62,638 nucleotides of DNA, taken from positions 1 through 62,638 of the forward strand of contig JAHZKW010000137.1 of NCBI GenBank assembly GCA_022600175.1, read 5' to 3'. Positions 21,342-31,323 of the stretch are shown here, in pieces. The stretch comes from Campylobacterota bacterium. GTDB taxonomy: Bacteria > Campylobacterota > Campylobacteria > Campylobacterales > QNZT01. The notes below the pieces were generated by a model that saw only the letters and a list, made by a program, of their open reading frames with translations, made no database searches and was not told where the DNA came from. Every line of letters begins with the position of its first letter. The stretch's first letter is position 1. The position numbers and the translations under genes were made by a program.

Positions 21342-22166
21342 TTACTTATGCTCTATTCTCATTGAAAAATCAAGCCATACAGCTTTATGAATCAAACTAC
21401 CGCTACTGATGGCATCAACACCTGTTTGTGCAAACGCGACGATATTTGTTTTATCAACATTTCCACTCGCTTCGATGAGTACATGAGGATAATTTTTATT
21501 TCGATACTCTACCACTTTCATAATATCAGGGGTTTCCATATTATCACACATGATCAGATCTGCACCTGCTGACATAGCAGTATATGTTGCTTCAACACTT
21601 TCACACTCAATCTCAATTTTAGAGGTGTAAGGGATTCTTTTACGTGATATTTTGATAAATTTGTGTAGATCATCAATAGCCGCTAAATGGGTATCTTTGA
21701 GCATAAGACAATCATCAAGTCCTAATCTATGGTTTGTACCACCGCCACATCTGACAGCGTACTTCTCCATCACTCTAAGGCCTGGTCTTGTTTTTCGTGT
21801 GTCTAAAAGCTTTACATTATAATCTTTGACAAGCTCAACAAAAGAGGCTGTATTGGTAGAGATACCACTACAGTGTTGCATAATATTTAAGATAACACGC
21901 TCATACATCAGTACTGTATTTGCAGTACCTCTAACATAACAGATGATATCACCTTTATGAATAGGATTTCCATCATATTTTAAAAATTCAATCTCAAGAT
22001 GTTCCATCTCTCCCAACTCTTTAATATAGAGTTTACCAGAGAAAATACCATCCTCTTTCGCGATCACTTTTGCTTCTACTAATCGACGGTCGCTAACGAG
22101 TGAAAAAAGATCTCCTCTTCCTATATCTTCAAGTATCGCTTCTCTTACAACCTCTTTTACGCGCAT
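21342..22166 (-). CDS. nadC: Nicotinate-nucleotide (quinolinate) pyrophosphorylase
   Basis: LLDTRKTRPGLR and GGGTNHRLGLDD motifs. Adjacent to nadA. Confidence 0.92.
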   Translation of the reverse strand: MRVKEVVREAILEDIGRGDLFSLVSDRRLVEAKVIAKEDGIFSGKLYIKELGEMEHLEIEFLKYDGNPIHKGDIICYVRGTANTVLMYERVILNIMQHCSGISTNTASFVELVKDYNVKLLDTRKTRPGLRVMEKYAVRCGGGTNHRLGLDDCLMLKDTHLAAIDDLHKFIKISRKRIPYTSKIEIECESVEATYTAMSAGADLIMCDNMETPDIMKVVEYRNKNYPHVLIEASGNVDKTNIVAFAQTGVDAISSGSLIHKAVWLDFSMRIEHK

Positions 22167-22278
22167 GACATTTTTTCCTTTTCAAAGAAGTGAATTCTGT
22201 GAAAATCCCTTGCACCTAAAGCTATATTAGATGGTGAGAAGGAAATTTTACTTTTTGCTATTGTGTTATGTTTATTTC

Positions 22279-23277
22279 TCATAGCTCTAACATCCTATCT
22301 AGTGCAATTTTTGCCCATTTAGCGACATGGGGGTCGACTTGGATTTCGTTGGTGATTGTATTATCTTCAATTGACTTAAGTGTGTTATAGAGATCTTCAA
22401 GTGTTGTTTCATTCATTGTAGGACATTCAGGTTTAGTTGAAGAGAGTACATAAGTGTTCTTTTTTCGTAAACGATTCACAAGATTAAATTCTGTACCTAC
22501 TGCTACTTTTTGATCTATAGGTAAATCTTTGATATATTTGATAATTTGGCTGGTAGAGCCTACAAAATCTGATGCTTGACATACTTCTGGTTTACACTCT
22601 GGGTGTGAAATGATTTTGATATCTGGATATCGATTTCTATAAAATTCTACATCTTCAAGTTCAAACAGTTGATGTACTGAACAAAAACCATTATAACAGA
22701 TGATATCTGACTCTTTTGGATCTGTTCCATCCCCCACGACACATGATTTTAAACCCATCATAATGGCGATATTTTGTCCTAGGCATTTATCAGGTACAAA
22801 AAGAATCTTTTTCCCGCTTTTCAACCCTTTTTCAATGATTTTTTTAGCGTTTGAACTCGTACAGACCATACCTCCCATCTCTCCTACTTTTGCTTTTACT
22901 TCAGCTGAAGAGTTGATATAGGTGATAGGTAGTATGTCTGCTTTGTTAATACCTGCGTTTTCTAAAATACTAACATTCATGTCATAATGTTCACCATCAA
23001 TCATACGTGCCATTGCGCAACAGGCAATCTTAGGCATTAAAACACGTTTTTGGGGAGAAAGGATTTTTACACTTTCTCCCATAAAACCAACACCACAAAA
23101 GACAAGATAAGGATTGGTATCACTCATCGCCATTTGTGCTAACTGTAAACTATCTCCAGAGATATCGGCCATTTCAAAGACTTCATCTTTTTGATAGAAG
23201 TGTGCAACTATCGTGACATTGTATTGCTCTTTGAGTCTGATAATCTCTTTTTTATATGCTTCGTTTGTCAATTTCAA
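22279..23277 (-). CDS. nadA: Quinolinate synthase A
   Basis: NadA motifs VAHFYQ, VGFMGESVKILSP and HPEC. 332 aa. Confidence 0.92.
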   Translation of the reverse strand: MKLTNEAYKKEIIRLKEQYNVTIVAHFYQKDEVFEMADISGDSLQLAQMAMSDTNPYLVFCGVGFMGESVKILSPQKRVLMPKIACCAMARMIDGEHYDMNVSILENAGINKADILPITYINSSAEVKAKVGEMGGMVCTSSNAKKIIEKGLKSGKKILFVPDKCLGQNIAIMMGLKSCVVGDGTDPKESDIICYNGFCSVHQLFELEDVEFYRNRYPDIKIISHPECKPEVCQASDFVGSTSQIIKYIKDLPIDQKVAVGTEFNLVNRLRKKNTYVLSSTKPECPTMNETTLEDLYNTLKSIEDNTITNEIQVDPHVAKWAKIALDRMLEL

Positions 23278-23379
23278 AATCCTTACTTAAGACTTAGTTT
23301 TGATTATTATACCATCTAAACTCATTATAACAAAAACAAGGCTATACTAAGAGGAAGATCAATTATCAAGGATTTAAGC

Positions 23380-23997
23380 TTGGAGTTTTTAGCAAATACA
23401 AATGTACAATTATATATAGCAGCTTACTTGATCGGTAGTATTCCGTTTGGACTGCTTTTAGCAAAGTTTATAGGCAAAGTAGATATTAGACAAGAGGGTA
23501 GTGGTAATATCGGTGCTACAAATGTCTTGAGAGTTTTAAAACAAAAAGATCCAAAGTTAGCAAAAAAGTTAGGTGGTGCAACATTGGCGCTTGATGCGTT
23601 CAAAGGTATTTTTGCACTACTTATTGGATATTTAGTGGGTGTTAGTGAAGCAACAATGTGGGCAATTGCAGTATTCGCTGTGATTGGACACTGTTTTAGC
23701 ATCTTTTTAATGGGAGAAGGTGGTAAAGGGGTTGCTACAGGGTTTGGTGTATTAGTGGCAATGCTACCTATTTGTGGTTTGATTGGTATTGCAGTATGGC
23801 TTATAAGTGCGAAAGTTTTTAAAGTAGTTTCTTTAGCATCACTTATTGGTATTTTAGCCGCGGTTGCAGCTTCATTTGTCTTGCATCCTGATATGAAACA
23901 TGCTCCCGTAGTGATTATTGGTTTGATAATCTTTTATAAACACTCTGAAAATATTTATAGACTTATCGTTGGTCAAGAAAGTAAGATAGCCCAATAG
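23380..23997 (+). CDS. plsY: Glycerol-3-phosphate acyltransferase PlsY
   Basis: GSIPFGLLLAK and GSGNIGATNVLR motifs. TTG start with AAGGA RBS. Confidence 0.9.
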   Translation: MEFLANTNVQLYIAAYLIGSIPFGLLLAKFIGKVDIRQEGSGNIGATNVLRVLKQKDPKLAKKLGGATLALDAFKGIFALLIGYLVGVSEATMWAIAVFAVIGHCFSIFLMGEGGKGVATGFGVLVAMLPICGLIGIAVWLISAKVFKVVSLASLIGILAAVAASFVLHPDMKHAPVVIIGLIIFYKHSENIYRLIVGQESKIAQ

Positions 23998-24329
23998 TGC
24001 AATATCAAATTTCGATAGAAGAGTTGCAAGTTAAAGCAGTGATTGGAATATTGGATTTTGAGCGTACGTCTGTACAAAGTATTCTCATAAATTGTGATAT
24101 TGTTTATGATAAAATAGATAAAAATTACATTAACTATGCAGAAGTAGCAACATTGATTGAAAAGATGTTACAGGAAAAAAAGTATGGATTACTCGAAGAT
24201 GCTTTGGATGAGATTTCAACAGCGATTATAGAGGGTTTTATAGGTATCAAAAGTGTTGCACTGAAACTTTCAAAACCTGAAATACTTGATAATTGTAGAG
24301 TGAGTGTAGAGCTCTTCAGAAAAATTTAA
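23997..24329 (+). CDS. folB: Dihydroneopterin aldolase (short FolB-type)
   Basis: VKAVIGILDFERTSVQSILINCDI matches the FolB N-terminal motif. 110 aa. Start overlaps the plsY stop. Confidence 0.7.
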   Translation: MQYQISIEELQVKAVIGILDFERTSVQSILINCDIVYDKIDKNYINYAEVATLIEKMLQEKKYGLLEDALDEISTAIIEGFIGIKSVALKLSKPEILDNCRVSVELFRKI

Positions 24330-24366
24330 AATTTTTTTAAAAAAACTTTAAATTTTGCTAAAGTTA

Positions 24367-24375
24367 TGCTATAAT
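24367..24375 (+). promoter_or_regulatory. Extended -10 promoter (TGCTATAAT) of the two-component operon
   Basis: Exact TGnTATAAT 29 nt upstream of the ATG at 24404. AAAGGA RBS. Confidence 0.4.
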
Positions 24376-24403
24376 CCCCGCAAAAATATATAGAGAAAGG
24401 AAA

Positions 24404-25078
24404 ATGATGAGAGTACTCATTGTTGAAGATGAAATCACACTAAATAGAACTTTGGTAGAGGGATTACAAGAGTATGGCTACCAAGCAGATAGTTCTGAAA
24501 ACTTTAAAGATGCAGAGTATTATATTGGTATCAGAAATTATGATCTAGTTTTAACAGATTGGATGTTACCAGATGGAGATGGTGTAGAGTTAGTTACTGC
24601 AATTAAACAAAAAACACCAAGAACTGCTTGTGTGGTATTGTCTGCAAAAGATGACAAAGAGAGTGAAATTAAAGCACTTAAAGCGGGTGCTGATGACTAC
24701 ATCAAAAAACCTTTTGATTTTGATATTTTGGTGGCAAGGTTAGAAGCAAGACTTCGATTTGGTGGTACTAATGTGATTAAAATTGATGATTTAGTACTTG
24801 ATCCAGATGAAGAGAAAATTACCTATAAAGGGCAAGATATTGAGCTTAAAGGTAAACCTTTTGAAGTTTTAACACATCTAGCTCGACACAGTGATCAAAT
24901 CGTCTCTAAAGAGCAACTACTTGATGCAATTTGGGAAGAGCCTGAGCTTGTAACACCAAATGTAATTGAGGTGGCAATTAACCAAATTAGACAAAAAATG
25001 GATAAACCGTTAAATATCTCTACTATCGAAACTGTTAGAAGAAGAGGTTATAGATTTTGTTTTCCCAAAAAAGTATAA
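24404..25078 (+). CDS. OmpR-family response regulator
   Basis: REC domain (VLIVEDE, LVLTDWMLPDGDG, KKPF) plus winged-helix output domain (RRRGYRF). Confidence 0.9.
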   Translation: MMRVLIVEDEITLNRTLVEGLQEYGYQADSSENFKDAEYYIGIRNYDLVLTDWMLPDGDGVELVTAIKQKTPRTACVVLSAKDDKESEIKALKAGADDYIKKPFDFDILVARLEARLRFGGTNVIKIDDLVLDPDEEKITYKGQDIELKGKPFEVLTHLARHSDQIVSKEQLLDAIWEEPELVTPNVIEVAINQIRQKMDKPLNISTIETVRRRGYRFCFPKKV

Positions 25079-26418
25079 AACGTAAGTTTCTTATTCAATT
25101 AGTCGTCGCCTCGGTGACACTAATTGTGATATTTTCAATCATTCTTTATAACTACATCAAAATCTCTATTTTAGATGATACGATGCAAAACCTCAAAGTC
25201 CAAGCTGTTGAGTATATTCAAAATTCTCGACAAAAAGCACCATTTTCAAAGCGTAGTGAAATTAATCTTTTTGGTATTAACCAAAAATATGGACAAGATA
25301 AAACCAGTGTAGTTATCAGGGTTGATAAAAAAGAGGATATCTCCTATGAACAGTATGAGAAAGAGGGACATAAATACCTGAGTATTTTTCATGTTTTTAA
25401 TCCTGCTCGCTCTAGTTATCTTAAAATTGAGAGGGATGTGACAGGTACGCATACTCTGCTTAGTAATATTTTAAAGAGTATTATTCTTGTGAATTTTTTG
25501 ACACTCTTTTTGATTTTAGCTTATGCTATGTTTCTCTCAGAGACACTGCTGCATCCAGTGAAATCAATCACCAGAAGATTGGCAAGAATGAATGAAAATT
25601 TTCTGGAACATATTGAAACAGACTCTTTACCCGATGAGTTTGTCCCATTAGGTGAGAGTATCAATAAGTTGATTGATAGAATTCAAAACTTTGTCAAATA
25701 TCAAAAAGAACTTTTTATCGGTACGGCACATGAACTCAAAACACCCTTAGCAGTGATGAAAGCAAAAAATGAAGTTACTTTGATGCGTGATCGTGATCCT
25801 GCAAAATATCAAGATACGCTAAAATTAAACAATACAACCATTGATGAGATGAACAGTATGATCAGCTCTATCTTAGAGATTGGACGTCAAGAGGGTGCAC
25901 AGTTTGAAAAGCCTGTAGAGATTGATCTGGTACAGTTTTTAAAAGATAAATCTAAAGATTTTACATTGATTGCTAAAAATGTTGGTAAAGATATCTCTGG
26001 TGATTTTGAGCCTCAAAAATATTGTATTATCTCTCAGCCTACACTTTTGACGCATATATTACAAAACTTTGTACAAAATGCTGTGAAGTTTACACCTGAT
26101 GGTGGTATTGTGATGATCAAGAGTCGTCTAGTTGGTGATGATTTTAAAATTGAAATTCTTGATGAAGGTCCAGGAATTGATGAGACACAAGATCTTTTTG
26201 CCCCTTTTAAACGTCTTGGTAATCAAGGTGGAGCAGGGCTTGGACTCTTTTTAGCTAAGGGTGCAGCAGATGCTATTGGTGCGGAGTTAAGTCTTAAAAA
26301 TAGAACTGATACGCAAGGTGCTGTTGCTACAGTGATATTAAATTCACGAAATTATTGTCCTGTAGACGATGATCCAAAAAATAGCAGTATTTTCAATGCA
26401 TTTATGAAAGATCACTAG
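25057..26418 (+). CDS. Sensor histidine kinase (2 TM, HAMP-like, HisKA/HATPase)
   Basis: H-box TAHELKTPL, N-box QNFVQNAVKFTP, G-boxes DEGPGI and GGAGLGL. Overlaps the regulator gene by 22 nt. Confidence 0.9.
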   Translation: MFSQKSIKRKFLIQLVVASVTLIVIFSIILYNYIKISILDDTMQNLKVQAVEYIQNSRQKAPFSKRSEINLFGINQKYGQDKTSVVIRVDKKEDISYEQYEKEGHKYLSIFHVFNPARSSYLKIERDVTGTHTLLSNILKSIILVNFLTLFLILAYAMFLSETLLHPVKSITRRLARMNENFLEHIETDSLPDEFVPLGESINKLIDRIQNFVKYQKELFIGTAHELKTPLAVMKAKNEVTLMRDRDPAKYQDTLKLNNTTIDEMNSMISSILEIGRQEGAQFEKPVEIDLVQFLKDKSKDFTLIAKNVGKDISGDFEPQKYCIISQPTLLTHILQNFVQNAVKFTPDGGIVMIKSRLVGDDFKIEILDEGPGIDETQDLFAPFKRLGNQGGAGLGLFLAKGAADAIGAELSLKNRTDTQGAVATVILNSRNYCPVDDDPKNSSIFNAFMKDH

Positions 26419-26421
26419 CTT

Positions 26422-26667
26422 TTGTCATTAAAAATTATTGATGAGTGTATTGCATGTGATGCATGTGTAGAGGCATGCCCTACTTATGCGATAGAGGCTG
26501 CTGATCCCATTTATATTATTGATCCGCAGGTGTGCTGTGAATGTGTGGGTTATCATGAAGCTCCTTCATGTGTCCCTGTGTGTCCAGTAGATGCAATATT
26601 TTTGGATGAAGATTATCCTGAGACTACAGTCTCTTTGCAAAAAAAATATGAAAGTAGTAAAAGTTAG
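26422..26667 (+). CDS. YfhL-type 2x[4Fe-4S] ferredoxin
   Basis: CIACDACVEACP and CCECVGYHEAPSCVPVCP cysteine clusters. 81 aa. Confidence 0.85.
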   Translation: MSLKIIDECIACDACVEACPTYAIEAADPIYIIDPQVCCECVGYHEAPSCVPVCPVDAIFLDEDYPETTVSLQKKYESSKS

Positions 26668-28143
26668 GTGGCAAAGCGAACAGCAATCATTGATATAGGT
26701 TCAAACTCTATTTCTTTTGTAGTCTACGAGAAGAGTTCACGGTATGCATTTCATTTAATTGAAAAATTAAGAAGTAAAGTAAGAATTGGTGAAGGGGCTT
26801 ATGATAACAATGGTCACTTAAGTGATATAGCAATGCAAAGAGCTTTTGACACTTTAGAAGATTATCTTTCTGTGACACAGAGTTTAGGATGTAGTAAAGT
26901 ACTTGCTGTGGCAACGTCTGCACTACGTGATGCACCAAATAAAAAAATATTTTTAAAGCGTGTTAGCAAAGAGCTGAAACTCAATATAAAAATTATTGAT
27001 GGGCAAAAAGAGGCTTATTTGGGTGCTGTTGCGGCACTTAATTTACTTCCTAATCTTCAAGATGGTACAACCATTGATATTGGTGGTGGATCTACGGAGC
27101 TTGCTAGAATTAAAGATGGACATATTGTTGAAACAATCTCTCTTAATATTGGTACGGTGCGTTTAAAAGAGCTCTTTGTTGATAAAAGAAGTGACTTTTC
27201 CAACATTGAGAGCTATATAAAAGATATGTTACAAGTACTGCCTGAAATATTTCATACCTCTAAAATTATTGGTATAGGGGGTACGATACGAGCACTCTCG
27301 ACTGCTATTTTAAAAGATACAGATTATCCTCTAGACTCCTTACATGCTTTTGAGTATCCTTATGAAGAGCATCGTGGCTTTATTAAAAAAGTAGCGCAAT
27401 CTGAAGTTTTAAAATTGAAAAAGACATCTATTGCACGTAGTCGTTATGATACGATTAGAGAGGGAAGTGCTATTTTCTTTCTACTTTGTGACAGGCTTGG
27501 TGCTTCTGAAGTGATTACTAGTAAGGCGGGAGTAAGAGAGGGGGTATACCTAAGTGATATTTTGCGTGGATGTAATCATAAATTTCCCTATAATTTTAAT
27601 GTAAGTGTACGCAGTCTTATTGATCGTTTTGCTATTTATCATAAACATATTGCCTATGTACAAAGTACGGCTATGAAAAGTTATGAGGTGCTTTATCCTC
27701 TGTTTGATAAACAACAAAAATATAGAGAAGAGTTAATGATGGCTGCAAAATTATTGTTGATTGCAAGACGTCTAAATATCTACTCCAATAGTGATATGAC
27801 TTTTGGATTTTTGGTAGAGAATTTAAACTTTGTACTCTCTCATAAACAAAAGATTTTAGTAGCACTTATTGTAAAATATGCACATCAAAAAGTGATTAAT
27901 GAGAAAGAGATCAAACAGTTTCAACAGTTACTTCCTGACGAAGATGTCATAAAGTGGCTCAGTTTCATTCTCTCTTTAACCGTCTGTATCAATCAGAATA
28001 AAAAGATACAAAAGTTAGAGATAAACTATGAGGTGGGTCAGCTTCGTATTAGTTGTGAAAAGAAGATGTTTTTGGCTAAAGCGTGTATCAAGAAGCTGAA
28101 AAAACCAGCTTCTTTTGCGATCATCTTAGAATCGTCGTCCTAA
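26668..28143 (+). CDS. Exopolyphosphatase / guanosine pentaphosphate phosphohydrolase (Ppx/GppA family)
   Basis: ASKHA motifs AIIDIGSNSISFVVY and DIGGGSTEL, followed by a C-terminal HD-like helical domain. 491 aa. Confidence 0.88.
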   Translation: MAKRTAIIDIGSNSISFVVYEKSSRYAFHLIEKLRSKVRIGEGAYDNNGHLSDIAMQRAFDTLEDYLSVTQSLGCSKVLAVATSALRDAPNKKIFLKRVSKELKLNIKIIDGQKEAYLGAVAALNLLPNLQDGTTIDIGGGSTELARIKDGHIVETISLNIGTVRLKELFVDKRSDFSNIESYIKDMLQVLPEIFHTSKIIGIGGTIRALSTAILKDTDYPLDSLHAFEYPYEEHRGFIKKVAQSEVLKLKKTSIARSRYDTIREGSAIFFLLCDRLGASEVITSKAGVREGVYLSDILRGCNHKFPYNFNVSVRSLIDRFAIYHKHIAYVQSTAMKSYEVLYPLFDKQQKYREELMMAAKLLLIARRLNIYSNSDMTFGFLVENLNFVLSHKQKILVALIVKYAHQKVINEKEIKQFQQLLPDEDVIKWLSFILSLTVCINQNKKIQKLEINYEVGQLRISCEKKMFLAKACIKKLKKPASFAIILESSS

Positions 28144-30381
28144 GTTAAATTCAATATTAGAGGTTCTATCTCCCTCTTCATCATCTAGTGCACGTGCATA
28201 AAAGAGTTGAAGAGGTACTCCTAAAGGTGATTTTGCCCATTCAATACCAAAGCCTGTAGAAGATCTATGTGTTGCGTCAAATTTATCTTCACCAGTCATA
28301 CCATAGTCATAAAAAGTTAAAAGACGCATTTGTACAGATTCAATCAGTGGAATAGATAATTCTAAAGAAGCGGCTGCTAGTTTTTTAGCACCAGTAAGTG
28401 CTCCAGCTTCATTTCTTGGTGCTAAAGTACCTGATTTAAACCCTCTGACTGTTCCCATACCTCCAAGGTAGAGTTTTTCATTGAGTGGTAAATTCCCTCT
28501 GTCGTTAACAGTACTTACTTTTCCTTTGACTCTAAAGATAAGGTCATAGTCGATGAGATCATCTAATCCATAATAATATTTTGCAGATAGGGTACTTCTT
28601 AAAAACTCTGCTTCTCCACCAATACCTGCATATTCAAACCCTGCGGTAATATTAACACCTGATCTTGGTAGGTAGTAATCATCTGTGTTATCATAAGTAA
28701 TAGAAGGTGCTAAAGCACTTTTAACTGTTCGTCCCTCTTGATAATAGATATTACTACGTTGTAGTGTTTCGTTGACATCTGTTAGTTCTACATCTTCATA
28801 GAGATAGGTGAGTGAGACATGGAGATGTCTACTAAGTTTACGTCCTAGTTTAAGACTCCCACCAATAGACTCTTCATCATAGTCATAGTAGTCATAATCT
28901 TTTTTATAGATATTTCCTCCTAAGCTATAGAGTGAGTCAAAGACACGTGGGTTGAAAAAGTGTACACTCCCTCGAAGTGTTTTTTCAGAGGTATCGATAT
29001 CTGTACCCACTTCAATACCACTCCCTAAGAAGTTTCGATCTGAAATACCTGCATTGATACCAAATCCATCATAACTTCCATAAGAGATACCACCCATAAT
29101 ACTTCCTGTACTGGCTTCTTCAACATTAACGATGAGATCCATCGTATCTTTATCTATCTGTTTTGGGGCAATCTGTACATTGTCAAAAAAACCTGTACGT
29201 TTGAGTGCATTGGTTGAGTCTTTAAGATCTTTTTGACTAAATGCCTCACCTTCACTAAGATAAAGCTCTCTTCTAATAACACGATCAACAGTATTTGTAT
29301 TTCCCGAAATAGTGATGTTATTGACATAGACTTTATCATTTGGTTTAACGATATAAGTGATATTAGCGATTCCATTTTCTCGATCCTGTTTTACATCAGG
29401 GACAACATTTGAAAATGCATATCCTTTATCTGAGACTTTATCTCTTATCTTGGAAATATCTTTACGTAGTTTCTCTACATCAAATACGTCTCCTGATTGG
29501 AGTTTAAACTCCTCTTTGAGTGTTGCAGCATCTGCAATATCTTCATCAATGACAACAGAAAGATCACCTACTTTATACTGTTTTCCTTCTTTGATTTTAT
29601 AAGAGAGTGAAGCGCTATAATCATCAAAATGTGTTCTTAATACTGGGTCTTGGACCTTGGCATCAAGGTAACCATTTTTAAGATAAAATTCTTTGATACG
29701 CATGGCATCTAATTTTAACTGATCTGCTTTGAGTTTTCCATCATCACGTCCAAAAAACCAACCCATAGACTGTTTTTGTTTATTGGCAAGATAGGGTTTG
29801 AAGTCTTTATATCCAAAGTCTTTGGCACCATAAAAGTTGATTTCATGGATATAGATGTTTTCACCTTTATTGACTACGATATTGGTTTGTAAACTTCCTG
29901 GATTAAGCTCTTCATTTTCAATCTCAACAACGGAGTCAAAATAACCTTGTGATTCAAGATCTTTAGTGATATTTTGTTTGACTGTTTTAAGACGGGTTTC
30001 ATCATAAATGTCACCTTTTTTAATCCCTGCAGCTTGGAGTGTCTCTTCGTTTTTATCTTTTGAAAAACCACTAAGATCTACTTTTGCAATGACTGGTTTT
30101 TCTTTCACATGATACGTTAAAACACCATTTTTTTCTTCTACCCAAATATCTTCAAAGTATTGTTGTGCATAGAGTTTTTTGATACTTTTGTCTATTTTTT
30201 CGGGATTAAGTTCATCACCACTTTTAACCTCTATAATCTCTTGAGCGATGGCATCAGAGATGTGAATTAGGCCTTTGAACTTAACTGCTTTGATTGTATC
30301 AGCTTGGAGAAAAATTGTGCTAAAAAGTATTGAGAAAAGGAGTGTTCTAGTTATAATAGAACGTTTTGGAGTTTTTATCAT
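28126..30381 (-). CDS. bamA: Outer membrane protein assembly factor BamA
   Basis: Signal peptide, POTRA repeats, and a C-terminal Omp85 barrel ending ...NLGRRF. 751 aa. Confidence 0.93.
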   Translation of the reverse strand: MIKTPKRSIITRTLLFSILFSTIFLQADTIKAVKFKGLIHISDAIAQEIIEVKSGDELNPEKIDKSIKKLYAQQYFEDIWVEEKNGVLTYHVKEKPVIAKVDLSGFSKDKNEETLQAAGIKKGDIYDETRLKTVKQNITKDLESQGYFDSVVEIENEELNPGSLQTNIVVNKGENIYIHEINFYGAKDFGYKDFKPYLANKQKQSMGWFFGRDDGKLKADQLKLDAMRIKEFYLKNGYLDAKVQDPVLRTHFDDYSASLSYKIKEGKQYKVGDLSVVIDEDIADAATLKEEFKLQSGDVFDVEKLRKDISKIRDKVSDKGYAFSNVVPDVKQDRENGIANITYIVKPNDKVYVNNITISGNTNTVDRVIRRELYLSEGEAFSQKDLKDSTNALKRTGFFDNVQIAPKQIDKDTMDLIVNVEEASTGSIMGGISYGSYDGFGINAGISDRNFLGSGIEVGTDIDTSEKTLRGSVHFFNPRVFDSLYSLGGNIYKKDYDYYDYDEESIGGSLKLGRKLSRHLHVSLTYLYEDVELTDVNETLQRSNIYYQEGRTVKSALAPSITYDNTDDYYLPRSGVNITAGFEYAGIGGEAEFLRSTLSAKYYYGLDDLIDYDLIFRVKGKVSTVNDRGNLPLNEKLYLGGMGTVRGFKSGTLAPRNEAGALTGAKKLAAASLELSIPLIESVQMRLLTFYDYGMTGEDKFDATHRSSTGFGIEWAKSPLGVPLQLFYARALDDEEGDRTSNIEFNLGRRF

Positions 30382-30495
30382 TCAGGTACCTTATTTAAAT
30401 TTTGTAAAACAAATATATTAACATTTTAATGTAAACATACTATCATTTTAATGATTAAAAAGATAAAATCTTTACAAAAAAGATTGAGAGTGTTT

Positions 30496-31323
30496 ATGGT
30501 TATTGGTATTGTAGGATTAGGTTTGATGGGAGGCTCTTTTGGGCTTGCACTGAAGGGTGCTTTAAGTGAGATAAAAGTAGTTGGTTTTGATCACAATGAA
30601 CACCATTGTGAAGAGGCACTCTCCTTAGGGTTGGTAGATGAAATTGTCTCTTTTGATCTGCTTAAAAAGAGTGATGTCATTGTTCTGGCTATTCCTGTTG
30701 AAGCGATTATCCAAACACTTCAGACATTAACTGATATTGATAGCAGGACAACGATTATTGATCTTGGTAGTACAAAAGCTGATATTGTTGAAAAAACACC
30801 TCTAGTGTTACAAGAGAGTTTAGTTGCTGCACACCCTATGGCTGGTATTGAGAAGTTTGGACCTAGTGCTGCGTTTGATGAACTTTATGTAGATAAGGTG
30901 GTAGTGTTGTGTGACTTGGAGCGAAATGCGACACTGCATCAAAAGAGAGCGCTTGATATTTTTAACGCATTAAAGATGCAGATAGTGCGTATGAATGCAA
31001 AAGAGCATGATTTACATGCTGCATATATTTCACATCTCCCTCATGCGATAAGCTATGCTTTAGCCAATAGTGTTTTAAAGCAAGAAGATCCTAAAAGTAT
31101 TCTTGCACTTGCCGCAGGTGGGTTTCGTGATATGAGTAGAATTGCAAAGAGTTCACCTAATATGTGGAGTGATATTTTTAAACAAAATCAAGAGAATCTT
31201 TTAGACTCTATCACAAGTTTTGAAGTGGAGTTGTCTTATGCAAAAAAGTTGATTAAAGAGGGTGATTTTGAAGCACTAAAAGTGTGGATGCAGAGTGCAA
31301 CCACACTCCATAAGATCCTTTAA
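30496..31323 (+). CDS. tyrA: Prephenate dehydrogenase
   Basis: Rossmann motif IGIVGLGLMGGSFGLAL at the N-terminus, AHPMAG, and a HDLHAAYISHLPH segment. The ATG at 30496 is preferred over 30451 because 30451 has no RBS. Confidence 0.85.
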   Translation: MVIGIVGLGLMGGSFGLALKGALSEIKVVGFDHNEHHCEEALSLGLVDEIVSFDLLKKSDVIVLAIPVEAIIQTLQTLTDIDSRTTIIDLGSTKADIVEKTPLVLQESLVAAHPMAGIEKFGPSAAFDELYVDKVVVLCDLERNATLHQKRALDIFNALKMQIVRMNAKEHDLHAAYISHLPHAISYALANSVLKQEDPKSILALAAGGFRDMSRIAKSSPNMWSDIFKQNQENLLDSITSFEVELSYAKKLIKEGDFEALKVWMQSATTLHKIL

